NCBI GenBank assembly: GCA_963667725.2
Contig: CAXXHO010000003.1
Location: forward strand, 864,001 to 928,000
Direction of reading: 5' to 3'
DNA from: Treponemataceae bacterium
GTDB lineage: Bacteria > Spirochaetota > Spirochaetia > Treponematales > Rectinemataceae
Length of the DNA: 64,000 bases
Shown here piece after piece: positions 1 through 8,797 of this stretch (position 1 is its first letter; each line of letters begins with the position of its first letter). The notes under the pieces are model-generated. The model was given only the letters and a program-made list of their open reading frames with translations, had not been told where the DNA came from and searched no databases. Made by a program: the position numbers and the translations under genes.

Positions 1-12
1 GAGGCAGGGAAG

Positions 13-654
13 GTGGCCGAGACGGCGGTTAAGACGGTGACCATAGCGATTCTGGCCGGGGGGAAAAGCAGCCGTTTCGGCGGGACCGACAAGCAGGAGA
101 TCCCGCTCAACGGCGAAGCCATGGGAAGGCAGGTGGCAAGGAACGCCCTCGCGACGGGCCGAGCGGTGACGGTTGTCGGAAGGAACAGAAAACCCTACGA
201 AGGTCTGCCCGTCGCTTTTACCGAGGATCTCATCCCCGGATTCGGTCCGCTTTCGGGGCTCCATGCGGCCCTATCCCGTTCCGAAACCGAATGGCTCTAT
301 CTACTGGCCTGCGATATGCCTGTTTTTAGCCGCGAATGGCTGAGCTATCTCTTAGGCTGCGCCGGAACCGGTTCCGGTTCCGGAACTCCGCAGGCTGTCG
401 TCGCCCAATCCGGCCGCTATATCGAGCCTTTTCAGGGACTCTATTCCCGCAGGCTGCTTGGGCGGCTGGAAGATATTTTCGCCGAGAGTTCAGGCTTCCC
501 CGGACATTTTTCCTTCGCGAGACTTATAAAGGAAGCTCCGCACCATATCGTGCCCGAAGATGTCGCGAGGGGATTTTCCCCTGATTGGCGGCTTTTCTGC
601 AGCATCAACAGCCAGGAGGATCTTGGAAAATTTTTACTGTCTCAGAAGAGCTAA
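13..654 (+). CDS. mobA: Molybdenum cofactor guanylyltransferase
   Basis: ILAGGKSSRFG, GPLSGL, LACDMP and INS motifs of the MobA nucleotidyltransferase family; GTG start. Confidence 0.85.
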   Translation: MAETAVKTVTIAILAGGKSSRFGGTDKQEIPLNGEAMGRQVARNALATGRAVTVVGRNRKPYEGLPVAFTEDLIPGFGPLSGLHAALSRSETEWLYLLACDMPVFSREWLSYLLGCAGTGSGSGTPQAVVAQSGRYIEPFQGLYSRRLLGRLEDIFAESSGFPGHFSFARLIKEAPHHIVPEDVARGFSPDWRLFCSINSQEDLGKFLLSQKS

Positions 655-668
655 TTTTTTGCAAGTAC

Positions 669-698
669 TAGAATAGATTTACTTTTTTCGCATATAAT
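669..698 (+). promoter_or_regulatory. Sigma70-like promoter for the DEAD helicase, probably leaderless or short-leader
   Basis: TAGAAT-18nt-TATAAT; ATG 8 nt after the -10; no Shine-Dalgarno. Confidence 0.5.
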
Positions 699-706
699 TC
701 TATACA

Positions 707-2599
707 ATGACATTTGAATCACTCGGGCTATCGCCCGCAATGCTGGAAACCCTGGCAAAAAAAGGGTTTGAAGAGCCGACACCAATTCAGGCTCTCGCCA
801 TTCCAAGGCTTTTGGTACCAGGCCCGGCCATCGCGGCCCGCGCTCGCACCGGTACCGGTAAAACGGCCGCTTTCGGAATTCCCCTCATAGAGACCATCGG
901 TACCGATGGCCCGATCGGAAGAACCCCCGCCTCAGCCCTCATCCTGGTCCCCACCCGCGAACTGGCCCTTCAGGTGACCGAGGAGATTTCCTCGCTGAAG
1001 CACGGCGCCAAGCCCAGACTCGCCTGCGTGTATGGCGGCGCCTCCATCGGGGAACAGCTGCGCAGACTTGCCCAGGGAGTCGATATCGTCGTGGGCACGC
1101 CCGGACGAGTGCTCGACCACATCGGACGGGGCAGCCTCGACGTATCCCACCTAAAATTCTTCATTCTCGACGAAGCCGACGAAATGCTCGACATGGGTTT
1201 CATCGACGATATCCGCGCCGTCATGGAGACGATGAACACCGACGTCCGAATGCTACTGTTCTCCGCGACGCTGGCTCCGGCCGTTCTCGACATAGTGAGG
1301 GAAAGAACCGGCGACATCGAGATTCTGGAAGACGAGACCGATACCCTGCCGACGCAGCTCGCGGAGCAGCTCTGGATCGAGGTGCATTCGAGGGACAGGC
1401 TTGAGGCGCTCTGCCGCATCGTGGACAGCACCGAAGACTTTTTCGGCATCGTCTTCGTCGCGACGAAGGTTGAAGCCGACAGGCTCGCCAGCTCTCTCGC
1501 TGAGCGAGGCTATGACGCCGAAGGACTCCATGGCGACCTCAGCCAGGACGCCCGCGAAAGAGTGCTGGGCAAGTTCAGGGACAAGAGACTGTCCATTCTC
1601 GTCGCCACCGACGTCGCCGCTCGCGGACTCGACATCGAAAAGCTCACCCACGTCATCAACTGGTCTCTTCCCCACGATCCCGATTCCTATCTCCATAGGG
1701 TGGGCAGGACGGGCAGGGCCGGCAACTCGGGCACGGCGATAACCTTCGTCACTCCCGACGAATACCGCATGCTGTTCCGCATAAAAAAACTGTCGGGAAA
1801 GCAGCTCAAGAAAGTAAGCGTGCCGGCCGTGGCCAGCATCCTCACGACCAAGAAAGAACGACTCGCCACGAAAGTGGCCGCCCGTGCCCTGACCTTCGCC
1901 GAGGAATCATCCAACAGCGAAATCTGGCGGGAACTGGCCAAGAACATACTGGAGTCCCTCGAACCCGAGGAAGCGCTCGCCGCCGCGTTGGCGGAAGGCT
2001 TCTCCGACCAGCTGGATCCGAGCCGGTACAAGGACCTCACCGAGGTTTCCGTCGACGAGGCCGGCACGAGCAGGCTCTTCGTCGCCGCGGGAAAGCTGGA
2101 TCATTTGACGCCGAGATCCCTCGTGACAATGATCAAGAAGCTGTCCAATCTTTCCGACGGAATGATCGGCAGCGTCGAAATCTACGATGCCTTTTCATTC
2201 GTGTCCGTTCCCTTCAAATCGGCCGAGAAAATCATCGACGAAGCGAGAAGGGCGGGGGGCTTTCCCACCGTCAAGCGCGCCGTTCCCAAGAACTCCCAGG
2301 GAGGCGAAGGCCGCGGCGGTCCGGGCCGCGGCGGTCCCGATCACGCCAGCCACGGCTTCGCGCCGCGCGGGGCTGAGAGGCGCGGACCGCGCCGGGAGGC
2401 CAATGTCGGTCGTCCCGAAGGCTTCGAATCGGGACACGGCAAAGGTCCAGGTCCCGTGACGCCCCGAAAAGAAGGCTATGCCGGACGCAAGGAAGGCTAC
2501 GCGGGCAGGAAGGAAGGCTTCGGTCCGCGCAGGGAAGGCGCTCCCGAACGGAAAGCCAGAAGCCGCAGCTACGGCAAAGACGATAAGAAACCGCTCTGA
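707..2599 (+). CDS. deaD: DEAD-box RNA helicase (DeaD/CshA type) with DbpA-like RNA-binding domain and Arg/Gly-rich tail
   Basis: Q motif PTPIQ, TGTGKT, PTRELA, DEAD, SAT, ARGLD, HRVGRTGR; C-terminal RLFV..G..D domain. Confidence 0.85.
   Translation: MTFESLGLSPAMLETLAKKGFEEPTPIQALAIPRLLVPGPAIAARARTGTGKTAAFGIPLIETIGTDGPIGRTPASALILVPTRELALQVTEEISSLKHGAKPRLACVYGGASIGEQLRRLAQGVDIVVGTPGRVLDHIGRGSLDVSHLKFFILDEADEMLDMGFIDDIRAVMETMNTDVRMLLFSATLAPAVLDIVRERTGDIEILEDETDTLPTQLAEQLWIEVHSRDRLEALCRIVDSTEDFFGIVFVATKVEADRLASSLAERGYDAEGLHGDLSQDARERVLGKFRDKRLSILVATDVAARGLDIEKLTHVINWSLPHDPDSYLHRVGRTGRAGNSGTAITFVTPDEYRMLFRIKKLSGKQLKKVSVPAVASILTTKKERLATKVAARALTFAEESSNSEIWRELAKNILESLEPEEALAAALAEGFSDQLDPSRYKDLTEVSVDEAGTSRLFVAAGKLDHLTPRSLVTMIKKLSNLSDGMIGSVEIYDAFSFVSVPFKSAEKIIDEARRAGGFPTVKRAVPKNSQGGEGRGGPGRGGPDHASHGFAPRGAERRGPRREANVGRPEGFESGHGKGPGPVTPRKEGYAGRKEGYAGRKEGFGPRREGAPERKARSRSYGKDDKKPL
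2309..2548 (+). repeat. Coding tandem repeats in helicase tail: GRGGP x2 (2309-2338) and RKEGYAG-like x4 (2465-2548)
   Basis: 15-bp near-perfect duplication; 21-bp units with synonymous differences. Confidence 0.85.
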
Positions 2600-2619
2600 C
2601 GCGCGATCGCGCTTAAGGG

Positions 2620-2659
2620 AAGGGCCTGCCCGGGAAGCAATTCCCGGACAGGCCCTTTT
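2620..2659 (+). terminator. Rho-independent terminator
   Basis: AAGGGCCTGCCCGGGAA-gcaa-TTCCCGGACAGGCCC then TTTT. Confidence 0.8.
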
Positions 2660-2773
2660 CATGTTGGGATACCAGCCTTTTCCGTATAGCCATATAGGGA
2701 AAAATCGTCCATACTATGAGCCCAGTTCCATCGGCTTTTCGCGATGGACATATCAGGATGGATGGAGTTCCCC

Positions 2774-4450
2774 ATGACGGAAAACGCCGTTGTCGAATGT
2801 GTCCCTAATTTTTCCGAAGGCCGAGACAAGAAAAAAATCGAAGCGATAGCGGAAGCCATCCGCGCCATAGCCGATGTCAAACTGCTGGATGTGGACCCCG
2901 GCGCCGATACGAACCGCACAGTGTATACTTTTGTCGGCTCGCCCAAGGCCGTGGTGGAGGCGGCCCTCGCGGGCGCCCGCGCTGCTCGGGGCCTCATAGA
3001 CATGCGGAGCCACGCGGGCGCCCATCCGCGCATAGGCGCTCTGGACGTCTGCCCCTTCGTGCCGGTATCGGGCATCACCCTGGAGGAATGCGCCGACCTG
3101 GCGCGCCAGTTCGGCGGCCGCCTCGCCGAGGAACTGGGCCTTCCCGTCTACCTCTACGAAAAAGCCGCCTCCAGGCCTACCCGCGTCAGCCTCGCCGAAA
3201 TCCGCGCCGGCGAATACGAAGGCCTCGAAGCCAAGCTTAGTGATCCCGAATGGGTGCCGGACTTCGGTCCAGCGCTTTTCGACGCCCGCTGGGGCGCGAC
3301 GGTGACCGGCGCCCGCGAATTCCTCATCGCGTACAACGTCAACCTCAACACCCGAGACAAGAAACTCGCCAACGACATAGCCCTCACGGTGAGGGAGGGC
3401 GGCCGCGTCGCGAAGAATCCCGATGGCAGCGCCGCCATGGACGCAGCGGGCAACGCCATCCGTGTGCCAGGCCGCCTCAAGGCCGTTCGGGCCATAGGCT
3501 GGTACATTGAGCAGTACCGCTGCGCCCAGGTTTCGGTGAATCTGCTCGATTACAACACAACTCCACTTTATGAGGTATACGAAATCATACGGGAAGAGGC
3601 GGACAAGCGCGGTCTTTTCACTACCGGTTCGGAGCTTGTCGGCCTCATACCACTGAAGGCCATAACGGATTGCGGCCGCCATTTTCTGCAGAAAATGGGC
3701 AAAAGTCCCGGACTGTCCGATAAAGAGCTCGTCGAGGTCGCCGTACAGTCCCTGGGGCTCGAATCGGTGAGTTCCTTCGACGCGGGACACAAGGTTGTGG
3801 AGTGGGCCTACGCGGGAAAAGGCCGTCTCGTCTCCCTCTCGGTGGCGGATTTCGTCGACGAAGTCGCGAGCGACTCGCCCGCGCCGGGCGGCGGCTCGGT
3901 GGCCGCCCTGGCCGGTTCCATGGGCGCGGCCCTGGCCGCCATGGTGGGAAACCTGACTGCGGGCAAAAAGGGCTACGAGGAGCACTACGCGGCCCTGGCG
4001 GCCATGGCGGCCGCGGCCCAGCGCACCAAGGACGAGCTGCTGGACGCCGTCGACCGCGACACCGAGGCCTTTGACGCCGTGCTCGAGGCCGCCCGCCTCC
4101 CCAAAGGCAGCGAGGCGCAGAAGGCCCTCCGCGCCAGCAGGATGGACGAGGCGAACAGGACCGCGGCCCTCGTTCCCATGGGCACGGCCAGGACCTGTCT
4201 TGAGGCGATACGGCATTGCCTCGTCGCCGTGGAGAAGGGGAACAGGAATTCCGTGACCGACGGGGCGGTCGGCATCCTCATGGCCAAGGCCGGCCTGGAT
4301 GGCGCCCTCCTCAATGTTCGGATAAACCTGGGCTCCATCCAGGACGAGGTTTTTTCCGCTTCCCTGAGCAGGGAATCCACCCGGCTGGGCCGGGAAGCCA
4401 AGGAAATCGTCCGGAAAGCGTTCGCCCAGCTTGAAGCGAGCCTGAAGTGA
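2774..4450 (+). CDS. ftcd: Bifunctional glutamate formimidoyltransferase / formiminotetrahydrofolate cyclodeaminase
   Basis: VECVPNFSEGR, HPRIGALDVCPF, SPAPGGGSVAA motifs; GGAG RBS before ATG 2774. Confidence 0.92.
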   Translation: MTENAVVECVPNFSEGRDKKKIEAIAEAIRAIADVKLLDVDPGADTNRTVYTFVGSPKAVVEAALAGARAARGLIDMRSHAGAHPRIGALDVCPFVPVSGITLEECADLARQFGGRLAEELGLPVYLYEKAASRPTRVSLAEIRAGEYEGLEAKLSDPEWVPDFGPALFDARWGATVTGAREFLIAYNVNLNTRDKKLANDIALTVREGGRVAKNPDGSAAMDAAGNAIRVPGRLKAVRAIGWYIEQYRCAQVSVNLLDYNTTPLYEVYEIIREEADKRGLFTTGSELVGLIPLKAITDCGRHFLQKMGKSPGLSDKELVEVAVQSLGLESVSSFDAGHKVVEWAYAGKGRLVSLSVADFVDEVASDSPAPGGGSVAALAGSMGAALAAMVGNLTAGKKGYEEHYAALAAMAAAAQRTKDELLDAVDRDTEAFDAVLEAARLPKGSEAQKALRASRMDEANRTAALVPMGTARTCLEAIRHCLVAVEKGNRNSVTDGAVGILMAKAGLDGALLNVRINLGSIQDEVFSASLSRESTRLGREAKEIVRKAFAQLEASLK

Positions 4451-4468
4451 ACCTGAAGCGAGCCTGAG
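4432..4468. repeat. 11-bp tandem repeat x3 spanning the ftcd stop codon
   Basis: TGAAGCGAGCC TGAAGTGAACC TGAAGCGAGCC TGAG. Confidence 0.8.
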
Positions 4469-4574
4469 CCGCCGAAAAGTTTTCGAATAAAGATACGTTT
4501 GGATATTGACCCCGAACTTCTCTGATACTATACCTTGCTGTGAACATATCAATGCACAAAGGAGACGTGGAGCG

Positions 4575-5678
4575 GTGAAAGGATCGGATGTTACCGTTTC
4601 AAACGTATCCAAGTCCTTCGGCACCTTCAGCGCGCTGAAAGATGTCAGCCTGGATATCCATAAAGGCGAATTCTTCTCCCTCCTGGGCCCTTCCGGCTGC
4701 GGGAAGACAACCCTGCTCCGGGCGATCGCGGGATTTGAGGAACCCGACTCGGGAATCATAAGCATAGATGGGACCGACGTGTCGGGACTTCCGCCGGATA
4801 AAAGGCGCTGCAACACGGTTTTTCAGAGCTACGCCCTCTTTCCCCATCTCAGCGTATACGAAAACGTGGCCTTTCCCCTGCGCATAAAGAAGACTCCGAA
4901 CCGGCTTATCAAAGAGCTCGTGATGAAATATCTCTCCCTCGTGCAGCTCGAGAGCCATGCCGAAAAGAAGCCGAGCCAGCTGTCGGGCGGGCAGAAACAG
5001 AGAGTCGCCATTGCGAGGGCCCTCATCAACGAGCCCTCCGTCCTCCTTCTCGACGAGCCCCTTTCGGCGCTGGACGCCAAGCTCAGGCAGCACATGCTCA
5101 TGGAGCTGGATTCGATCCACGACAAGGTCGGCATCACCTTCATCTACGTCACCCACGATCAGCAGGAAGCCCTCTCGGTCTCAGACAGGATAGCAGTCAT
5201 GAGCGCGGGGAACGTCCTCCAGGTGGGCTCGCCGCAGCAGATCTACGAAAATCCGGCCACGGAGTTCGTGGCGAGGTTCATAGGCGAGGCCAATGTTTTT
5301 CAGGGCAGGGTGCTTTCGAGAGAGGGTACGCTCAATGTCATGGACGCCGAAGCCTTCGGCGAGATGCTCGTCGACGACGAAACGCCGGTCGACGTGGGCG
5401 ACAGAGTCATCGTGACGATCAGACCGGAAAAAATCCGCATCACCAACGAGAAGCCGTCGGGAAAGGAACTCAATGTCGTCCACGGCATCGTGGAAGAGCC
5501 GGTCTATTCCGGCTTTCAGACGAAGTACGTCGTGCGGACCGACGCTGGATCGCGGATCACCATTTTCCGCCAGCACGCCAACTGGTCGGAGGGCATCCCC
5601 GACATCGAGTGGAAGGATGAAGTCTTCCTGTCATTCAGCGCGCGCGATCTGGTGATCGTGGAGAAGAACGCGTCATGA
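4575..5678 (+). CDS. potA: Spermidine/putrescine ABC transporter ATP-binding subunit
   Basis: GPSGCGKT, VFQSYALFPH, LSGGQKQR, LLDEP, C-terminal TOBE-like region; GTG start chosen. Confidence 0.88.
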   Translation: MKGSDVTVSNVSKSFGTFSALKDVSLDIHKGEFFSLLGPSGCGKTTLLRAIAGFEEPDSGIISIDGTDVSGLPPDKRRCNTVFQSYALFPHLSVYENVAFPLRIKKTPNRLIKELVMKYLSLVQLESHAEKKPSQLSGGQKQRVAIARALINEPSVLLLDEPLSALDAKLRQHMLMELDSIHDKVGITFIYVTHDQQEALSVSDRIAVMSAGNVLQVGSPQQIYENPATEFVARFIGEANVFQGRVLSREGTLNVMDAEAFGEMLVDDETPVDVGDRVIVTIRPEKIRITNEKPSGKELNVVHGIVEEPVYSGFQTKYVVRTDAGSRITIFRQHANWSEGIPDIEWKDEVFLSFSARDLVIVEKNAS

Positions 5679-6592
5679 AGCGCAACTACGGCATGGCTTA
5701 CGCCGCGCCCCAGGCATTGTGGCTGACGGTTTTCTTCGCGGCGCCCCTCCTCATCATCATCGCGTACTCCTTCCTCAAAAAAGGACTCTACGGCGGCGTC
5801 GAGCTCCATCTCAGCCTGCAGGCATATATTGACATGGCCAACCCGACGCTTCTCCTCGTAACCTTGAGAACCCTGTGGATGTCCTTCGTGGCCACCCTCA
5901 TCACGATTCTCATCGCCTTGCCCTGCGGCTACAGCATCGCCCGCTCGAAAAACCAGGCGCTGAGGCTCTTTCTCGTCATCGTTCCCTTCTGGACGAACTT
6001 TCTCGTCCGCTGCTACGCGTGGATCGCCATCCTGGGGAACGAGGGTTTCGTCAATCAGGCGCTGCGGTTCCTCGGATTCAGGCCCGAAGGAGTCCAGTTC
6101 CTCTACAACCAGGGAGCCGTCGTCCTCGTCCTGGTCTACATGTATCTCCCTTACGCCATCCTCCCCCTCTTCTCGACCATCGATAAGTTCGATTTCACCC
6201 TGCTCGAGGCGGCGCGCGATCTCGGCGCCTCCAAGATGCAGTCGTATATAAAGGTTATGCTCCCCAACATCAAGGGCGGCATCGTCACCTCCATCCTCTT
6301 CACCTTCATACCGATATTCGGCGCCTACGCCGTGCCCCTCCTCATAGGAGGCAAGGATTCCTACATGCTCGGCAATGTCATAGCCGACCAGCTGACGAAA
6401 ACGCGGAACTGGCCGCTGGCTTCGGCGATCTCCATGACGGTTACCCTCCTCACCGCCATTTCCGTATTCCTTTTCGCGCTGAGGAAACCCAAGGAACACC
6501 ATATCGAGAAGGATTTGGATCCGCTCGCCTCGTCGTCCGGCAGCGCCGGCCGGAACGGGCTCATCGGCGGCAGCGCCGCGGGAGGACGCTGA
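5675..6592 (+). CDS. potB: Spermidine/putrescine ABC permease
   Basis: PFWTNFLVR and EAARDLGAS (EAA loop); ATGA overlap with potA. Confidence 0.85.
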   Translation: MKRNYGMAYAAPQALWLTVFFAAPLLIIIAYSFLKKGLYGGVELHLSLQAYIDMANPTLLLVTLRTLWMSFVATLITILIALPCGYSIARSKNQALRLFLVIVPFWTNFLVRCYAWIAILGNEGFVNQALRFLGFRPEGVQFLYNQGAVVLVLVYMYLPYAILPLFSTIDKFDFTLLEAARDLGASKMQSYIKVMLPNIKGGIVTSILFTFIPIFGAYAVPLLIGGKDSYMLGNVIADQLTKTRNWPLASAISMTVTLLTAISVFLFALRKPKEHHIEKDLDPLASSSGSAGRNGLIGGSAAGGR

Positions 6593-7470
6593 TGGCAGCC
6601 CGCGTCCATAAATTCGGGCCATTGAGGATAGCCGCCCTCTTTCACGCCAGGCGAATCGTCAGGAAGGGCGCCAAGGCGGCCATCGGGCTGGTGCCGAAGA
6701 AGGCGCTCGGCTCGAACATCATCTACTGGCTCGTCATCGGTTTCCTCTTCATGCCCCTGGTCGTCCTCATCGCCTATTCATTCAACAAGTCGAGATCGGG
6801 CGAGTGGACGGGTTTTTCTTTCGTCTGGTACCAAAAGCTCTTCATGGACTCCCCCGACCTGTGGAAGGCCTTCCAGAACTCCGTGATCATAGCCTTTTCG
6901 AGCGCCCTCATGGCGACGGTCCTTGGAACGCTCGCCGCCGTGGGCACCGCCCGCTATTCGTTCAAGCTGAAATCCTACGTGGCCACCATGAGTTTTATCC
7001 CGATGATCCTGCCGGAAATCGTCGTCGGCGTCTCCCTTCTCATCTTTTTTGCCGGCATCGGCCTGCAGCTCGGCATGATGACGGTATGGATCGCCCATAC
7101 CACCTTCAACATTCCCTTCGTCTACCTCCTCGTTTCGGCGAGGCTGGAGGAATCCGATCCCACTATCGTCGAGGCGGCCCGCGACCTGGGCGCCTCAGAA
7201 CTTCAGACTCTTTTCAGGGTCATCATTCCGATGGCTCTGCCCGGCATAGCTTCGGCCTTTCTTACCGCCATCACGCTATCGCTGGAAGACTTTGTCATCA
7301 CCTTCTTCGTGTCGGGTCCGGGGGCGACGACCCTGCCTCTGTATATTTATTCCATGATCCGCTTCGGTGTATCGCCCGTCGTCAACGCGCTGTCGGCCGT
7401 CATGGTTGCGGGCACGGTGCTCCTTGTCTATCCTTTGAGGAATTTCCTGAAGGTTTTTGCCGCCCGTTGA
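6592..7470 (+). CDS. potC: Spermidine/putrescine ABC permease
   Basis: YSFN, LPEIV, EAARDLGA, TLPLYIYSMIRFGVSP. Confidence 0.85.
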   Translation: MAARVHKFGPLRIAALFHARRIVRKGAKAAIGLVPKKALGSNIIYWLVIGFLFMPLVVLIAYSFNKSRSGEWTGFSFVWYQKLFMDSPDLWKAFQNSVIIAFSSALMATVLGTLAAVGTARYSFKLKSYVATMSFIPMILPEIVVGVSLLIFFAGIGLQLGMMTVWIAHTTFNIPFVYLLVSARLEESDPTIVEAARDLGASELQTLFRVIIPMALPGIASAFLTAITLSLEDFVITFFVSGPGATTLPLYIYSMIRFGVSPVVNALSAVMVAGTVLLVYPLRNFLKVFAAR

Positions 7471-7500
7471 GGCGGCTCTATCCCAACAAGGAGGGTTTTC

Positions 7501-8565
7501 ATGAAAAACATCCTCCGCGCCATGAGACTCGATCTTTCGGCGCTGCTTCTCCTCGCTTTGGTGCTTGTGTTCAGCGGCTGTTCGGGTGGCGACGCAAAAT
7601 CGTCTAAAAAACTGTACATCTTCAACTGGACCTACTACACGCCGGACTCGGTCATCGAAAAATTCGAGAAGGAATACGGCGTCGACGTGGTGTACGACTC
7701 CTTCGCGTCCAACGAGGAGATGTTCGCCAAACTGAAGGCCGGCGGGGCCAACTACGACCTCTGCTTTCCCTCGGGCGACTATGTCTCGATCATGATAAAG
7801 GAGAAGATGCTCCAGAAGATCGACCACGCGGCGCTCAAGAATTACGGCAACATCGCGCCCGACGTGCTCGCGAAGAGCGATTTCGATCCGGGAAACGAAT
7901 ACTCGATTCCTTACTACATGGGCGCGGCCGGCGTGGCCGTCAACAAGACCAAGGTTCCCGAATACGAAAAGTCATGGTCCGTTTTCGCGCGCAAGGATCT
8001 GGCCGGGAAAATGATCATGCTGGACGATATGCGCGAGGTCCTGGGCGACGCGCTGAAGTATCTCGGCTATTCGGTCAACACGGTGGACGTGGCTGAGATA
8101 GAGAAGGCTAAATCCCTGGTAAATGATGTATGGAAGCCCAATCTCCTCAAGTTCGACGCCGAGGCTTTCGCTAAAAACTTCGCGGCGGGAGAGGTTTGGG
8201 TGGCTCAGGGCTACGCGGAATCGATCTACGCGGAGCTGGACCAGAGCCGTTGGGGCGAAATCGATTTCTTCATTCCTAAGGAAGGCGGTCCCAGCTATAT
8301 CGACTCCATGGTCATCCTCAAGAATTCGAAAAACAAGGATATGGCGATGAAGTTCATAGACTTCATTCACCGGCCGGAGATCTATGCCGAATTCTGCGAT
8401 GCCTTCGGTTTCCCCGCCACGGGCAACGCGGCCGCGGGAGCGCTCAAGAAGGGGCCGAGCTATTACTCGGCCGAGTCTCTCGCCCCCTGCGAACTCAAGA
8501 AGGACGTGGGCGCCGATCTCGAGAAGTACAATGCCGCGTGGCAGGAAATTAAAGTAGGCAAGTGA
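7501..8565 (+). CDS. potD: Polyamine-binding lipoprotein
   Basis: Lipobox FSGC; FNWTYY, FEKEYG, SNEEMFAKL, PSGDY, PKEG. Confidence 0.85.
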   Translation: MKNILRAMRLDLSALLLLALVLVFSGCSGGDAKSSKKLYIFNWTYYTPDSVIEKFEKEYGVDVVYDSFASNEEMFAKLKAGGANYDLCFPSGDYVSIMIKEKMLQKIDHAALKNYGNIAPDVLAKSDFDPGNEYSIPYYMGAAGVAVNKTKVPEYEKSWSVFARKDLAGKMIMLDDMREVLGDALKYLGYSVNTVDVAEIEKAKSLVNDVWKPNLLKFDAEAFAKNFAAGEVWVAQGYAESIYAELDQSRWGEIDFFIPKEGGPSYIDSMVILKNSKNKDMAMKFIDFIHRPEIYAEFCDAFGFPATGNAAAGALKKGPSYYSAESLAPCELKKDVGADLEKYNAAWQEIKVGK

Positions 8566-8609
8566 GAATCTGACACCAGTCCTTTTCCTTGGACATTGCC
8601 GATGACATC

Positions 8610-8641
8610 AGGTTGCCTGAATATATCAGGCAACCTTTTTT
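8610..8641 (+). terminator. Rho-independent terminator after pot operon
   Basis: AGGTTGCCTGA-atata-TCAGGCAACCT then T-run. Confidence 0.85.
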
Positions 8642-8797
8642 ATTTCCAAACCAAATGATGGAAAAACATGAGGATCGACGTTGACAAGTGCGGTGAATTC
8701 GGCTGATCATGATTAATAAAATTGTAATAGATCTTCCAACCTAAAAGTCTGCTTTGTGCATACGTCTATATTTCTCGGGAGCGGAGCGGGGCTTCAT

